A stretch of DNA of 63,950 bases, filler included, from an uncultured bacterium (GTDB lineage Bacteria > CAZSTA01): assembly GCA_964609495.1 (NCBI GenBank). It is 10 parts of 10 records of this genome, joined end to end, with 100 filler letters (N's around TTAATTAATTAA, not from the genome) between each part and the next. Parts side by side here need not be neighbours in the genome. Positions count along the whole stretch, not along the records: positions 61,297 to 63,950 come from CAZSTA010000298.1; 9 more parts are not named here. One strand, written 5' to 3'. The translations under genes and the position numbers were made by a program. The notes beneath the pieces are model-generated. The model made no database searches, was not told the DNA's origin, and was given only the letters and a program-made list of their open reading frames with translations. How positions within the stretch are numbered: position 1 is the first letter of the stretch; each line of letters opens with the position of its first letter. Positions 62,171-63,950 of this stretch are shown in pieces.

Positions 62171-63447
62171 ATCTCTATCCCCACTCCTGATACCATATGT
62201 TTTCTATACTCCTTAGGAAGGGAGATGAAACCGAAGTCCTCGCTGATGAGATTATCTTTGAAGCTACTGATATCTACTTTATCCTCGATCAAGCCGGTTA
62301 TTATTCCCGCTCGCTCGATCCTTCCAAAGAAGATCGCTCCTACAATCCGATTTCTCTTTAAAATGATCTTCTTGTATATCAAATTCTCCTCATCGTAGTC
62401 TTGAAGGACTTCATATCCTCGCCCCTCCGGATTAGTGATCCCCACCGAGATAGTTGGAATGCCACATAATTCCACCGAGTTCATCGGGAAGCTTCCCGGA
62501 TATTCCCTTTCGATCCCAGCCATATTATAGCCTGCGATCTTGCCCTGCCTATAAGCTGTTGGCCAGATAGCGATCGTTCGATTATCATTTATTAGCCGAT
62601 CATAGGCAGAAGTGCAGTCGCCAGCCCCATAGATATCAGGAATGTTAGTCCTCATATACCTATCAACAAGTATCCCTCTGTTCATCTTAATACCCGTATT
62701 CTCAGCTAGGGCGGAATTGGGAATAACACCAATAGCGAAGATCACCAGATCGGTATCTATTTCACCGCCATCCTTCAAGATCACCTTATTGACCTTCTGA
62801 CCCCTCTCTAATATCTCAACAACCGTATTATTAGTTATAACCTCGATTCCCTCTCTTCTCAACCGCTCCTCTAAAAGATGGGAGGCAGTTTCATCAAAAG
62901 CTCTTATCATAATCCTATCCGCTAGCTCCACGATAGTAACCTTTATCCCCAATTCGAGGAAGGCTTCAGTAGATTTCATACCGATAAACCCACCACCCAC
63001 TATAACGGGAGACTTTACCCCGTTAACCTCGATGAATTCCTTGATCTCCTTAGCATCATCCCAAGTGGTGAAGGTAAATACTCCGGCGTATTGGCTTCCC
63101 TTGACCGGAGGAACGAATGGTTTACCACCAGTGGCGATCAGAAGTTTATCATAAGGAATCTCATCCTCGTTCTCCATTATGACCTTCCTCTCACGAGTTT
63201 TCAACCCGATCGCTCTCTCTCCCAGCCTAGTATCCACTCTGTTCCTCTCGTAGAAATCCTCATCTCGATAGAACATCTTATCCTCTTCGACCTTCCCTCC
63301 GAGCCAATAGGTTATCAAAGGTCGAGAATAGACGTGATAAGGTTCGTCGGAGATGATCGTTATCTTTCCTAACTGATCTTCACTGCGAATAGCTTCCACC
63401 GCTCCTATCGCCGCGCAGGAATTACCTATTATAACATAATTTTGCAT
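62167..63447 (-). CDS. FAD/NAD(P)-dependent oxidoreductase (NirB/rubredoxin reductase-like)
   Basis: YDKLLIATG, VGGGFIG, DIYGAGD. Confidence 0.88.
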   Translation of the reverse strand: MQNYVIIGNSCAAIGAVEAIRSEDQLGKITIISDEPYHVYSRPLITYWLGGKVEEDKMFYRDEDFYERNRVDTRLGERAIGLKTRERKVIMENEDEIPYDKLLIATGGKPFVPPVKGSQYAGVFTFTTWDDAKEIKEFIEVNGVKSPVIVGGGFIGMKSTEAFLELGIKVTIVELADRIMIRAFDETASHLLEERLRREGIEVITNNTVVEILERGQKVNKVILKDGGEIDTDLVIFAIGVIPNSALAENTGIKMNRGILVDRYMRTNIPDIYGAGDCTSAYDRLINDNRTIAIWPTAYRQGKIAGYNMAGIEREYPGSFPMNSVELCGIPTISVGITNPEGRGYEVLQDYDEENLIYKKIILKRNRIVGAIFFGRIERAGIITGLIEDKVDISSFKDNLISEDFGFISLPKEYRKHMVSGVGIEI

Positions 63448-63490
63448 ACTCCATACTCCTTATCTTAGGAAGATGGTAATTAGAAATAGA

Positions 63491-63949
63491 TTATACCTCG
63501 ATTTCCACTTCTTCCTCCCTATATTCTAAAGCCTCATTAGGGCAATTGGCTACACAGACAGGTATCTCCTCACCATAGCAGAGATCACATTTAGAGGCTA
63601 CTTTCCTCACATCCAACCTTCTGTTTATCACCCCGAAGGGGCAGACCATTATACACATCCAACAGCCGACACATTTATCCTCATCGCAAAGCACTGCTCC
63701 TGTTTCCTCATCCCGATACATCGCTCCGGTGATGCAAGCCTCAAGGCAGGGAGCATCTTCACAGTGGCGACATTGAAGTCCAAAGGAGAGATATCCCTTC
63801 TCCTCGACTAGAATTCGGGGAAGAGCTCTAGGAAATTCACCCTTGAAAGCCTTGATGATCTTCTTCGACTTCGAATGTTGAACTAGACAATGTATCTCGC
63901 ATAATCTGCATCCCATGCAGTATTCCTCATTTATATATATCCTCTTCAT
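63491..63949 (-). CDS. 4Fe-4S dicluster electron-transfer protein (CooF/HydN-like)
   Basis: CMGCRLC, CRHCEDAPC, CVGCWMC..CPFG, KCDLC..CP. Confidence 0.9.
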   Translation of the reverse strand: MKRIYINEEYCMGCRLCEIHCLVQHSKSKKIIKAFKGEFPRALPRILVEEKGYLSFGLQCRHCEDAPCLEACITGAMYRDEETGAVLCDEDKCVGCWMCIMVCPFGVINRRLDVRKVASKCDLCYGEEIPVCVANCPNEALEYREEEVEIEV

Positions 63950-63950
63950 A

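Noticed and set aside
1-63950. CRISPR arrays, tRNA, rRNA, and the many other short overlapping ORFs
   Set aside because: No repeat-spacer periodicity or RNA gene signatures seen; the short ORFs overlap well-supported genes

Overview
This window is not contiguous genome. It is ten unrelated contigs of a fragmented bacterial draft/MAG, joined by 100-nt N-TTAATTAATTAA-N linkers. The internal contigs fall monotonically from 6891 to 6543 bp, and there are two further 100-N scaffold gaps, so gene neighbourhoods are valid only within a contig. Coding content is mostly ordinary: a GH2 hydrolase, a secreted M16 peptidase pair, nth, two sugar ABC clusters, an NtrY/X-like pair, tsf-pyrH-frr-uppS-cdsA-rseP, guaB, radC-mreBCD-mrdA-rodA, a glycosylation cluster and split glutamate-synthase-type genes. 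The most interesting signals are non-coding or architectural: (1) two secreted PSD-like genes, each behind a 40-bp attI/dif-like site, with a truncated attC-like site between them; (2) an internally deleted DUF3800 gene facing an intact promoter and a structured small RNA; (3) a 51-bp palindromic micro-element whose arms covary between copies and which has inserted into a tnpB 3' end and into REP-like hairpins; (4) a 176-bp MITE with a 9-bp target-site duplication (TSD) carrying a REP-like doublet; (5) tandem chemoreceptors with a C-terminal, apparently cytoplasmic sugar-binding domain; (6) tandem solute-binding paralogues whose downstream hairpin loops are inverted relative to each other. No rRNA, tRNA or CRISPR array was seen. 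All calls are by eye; no database search was run.
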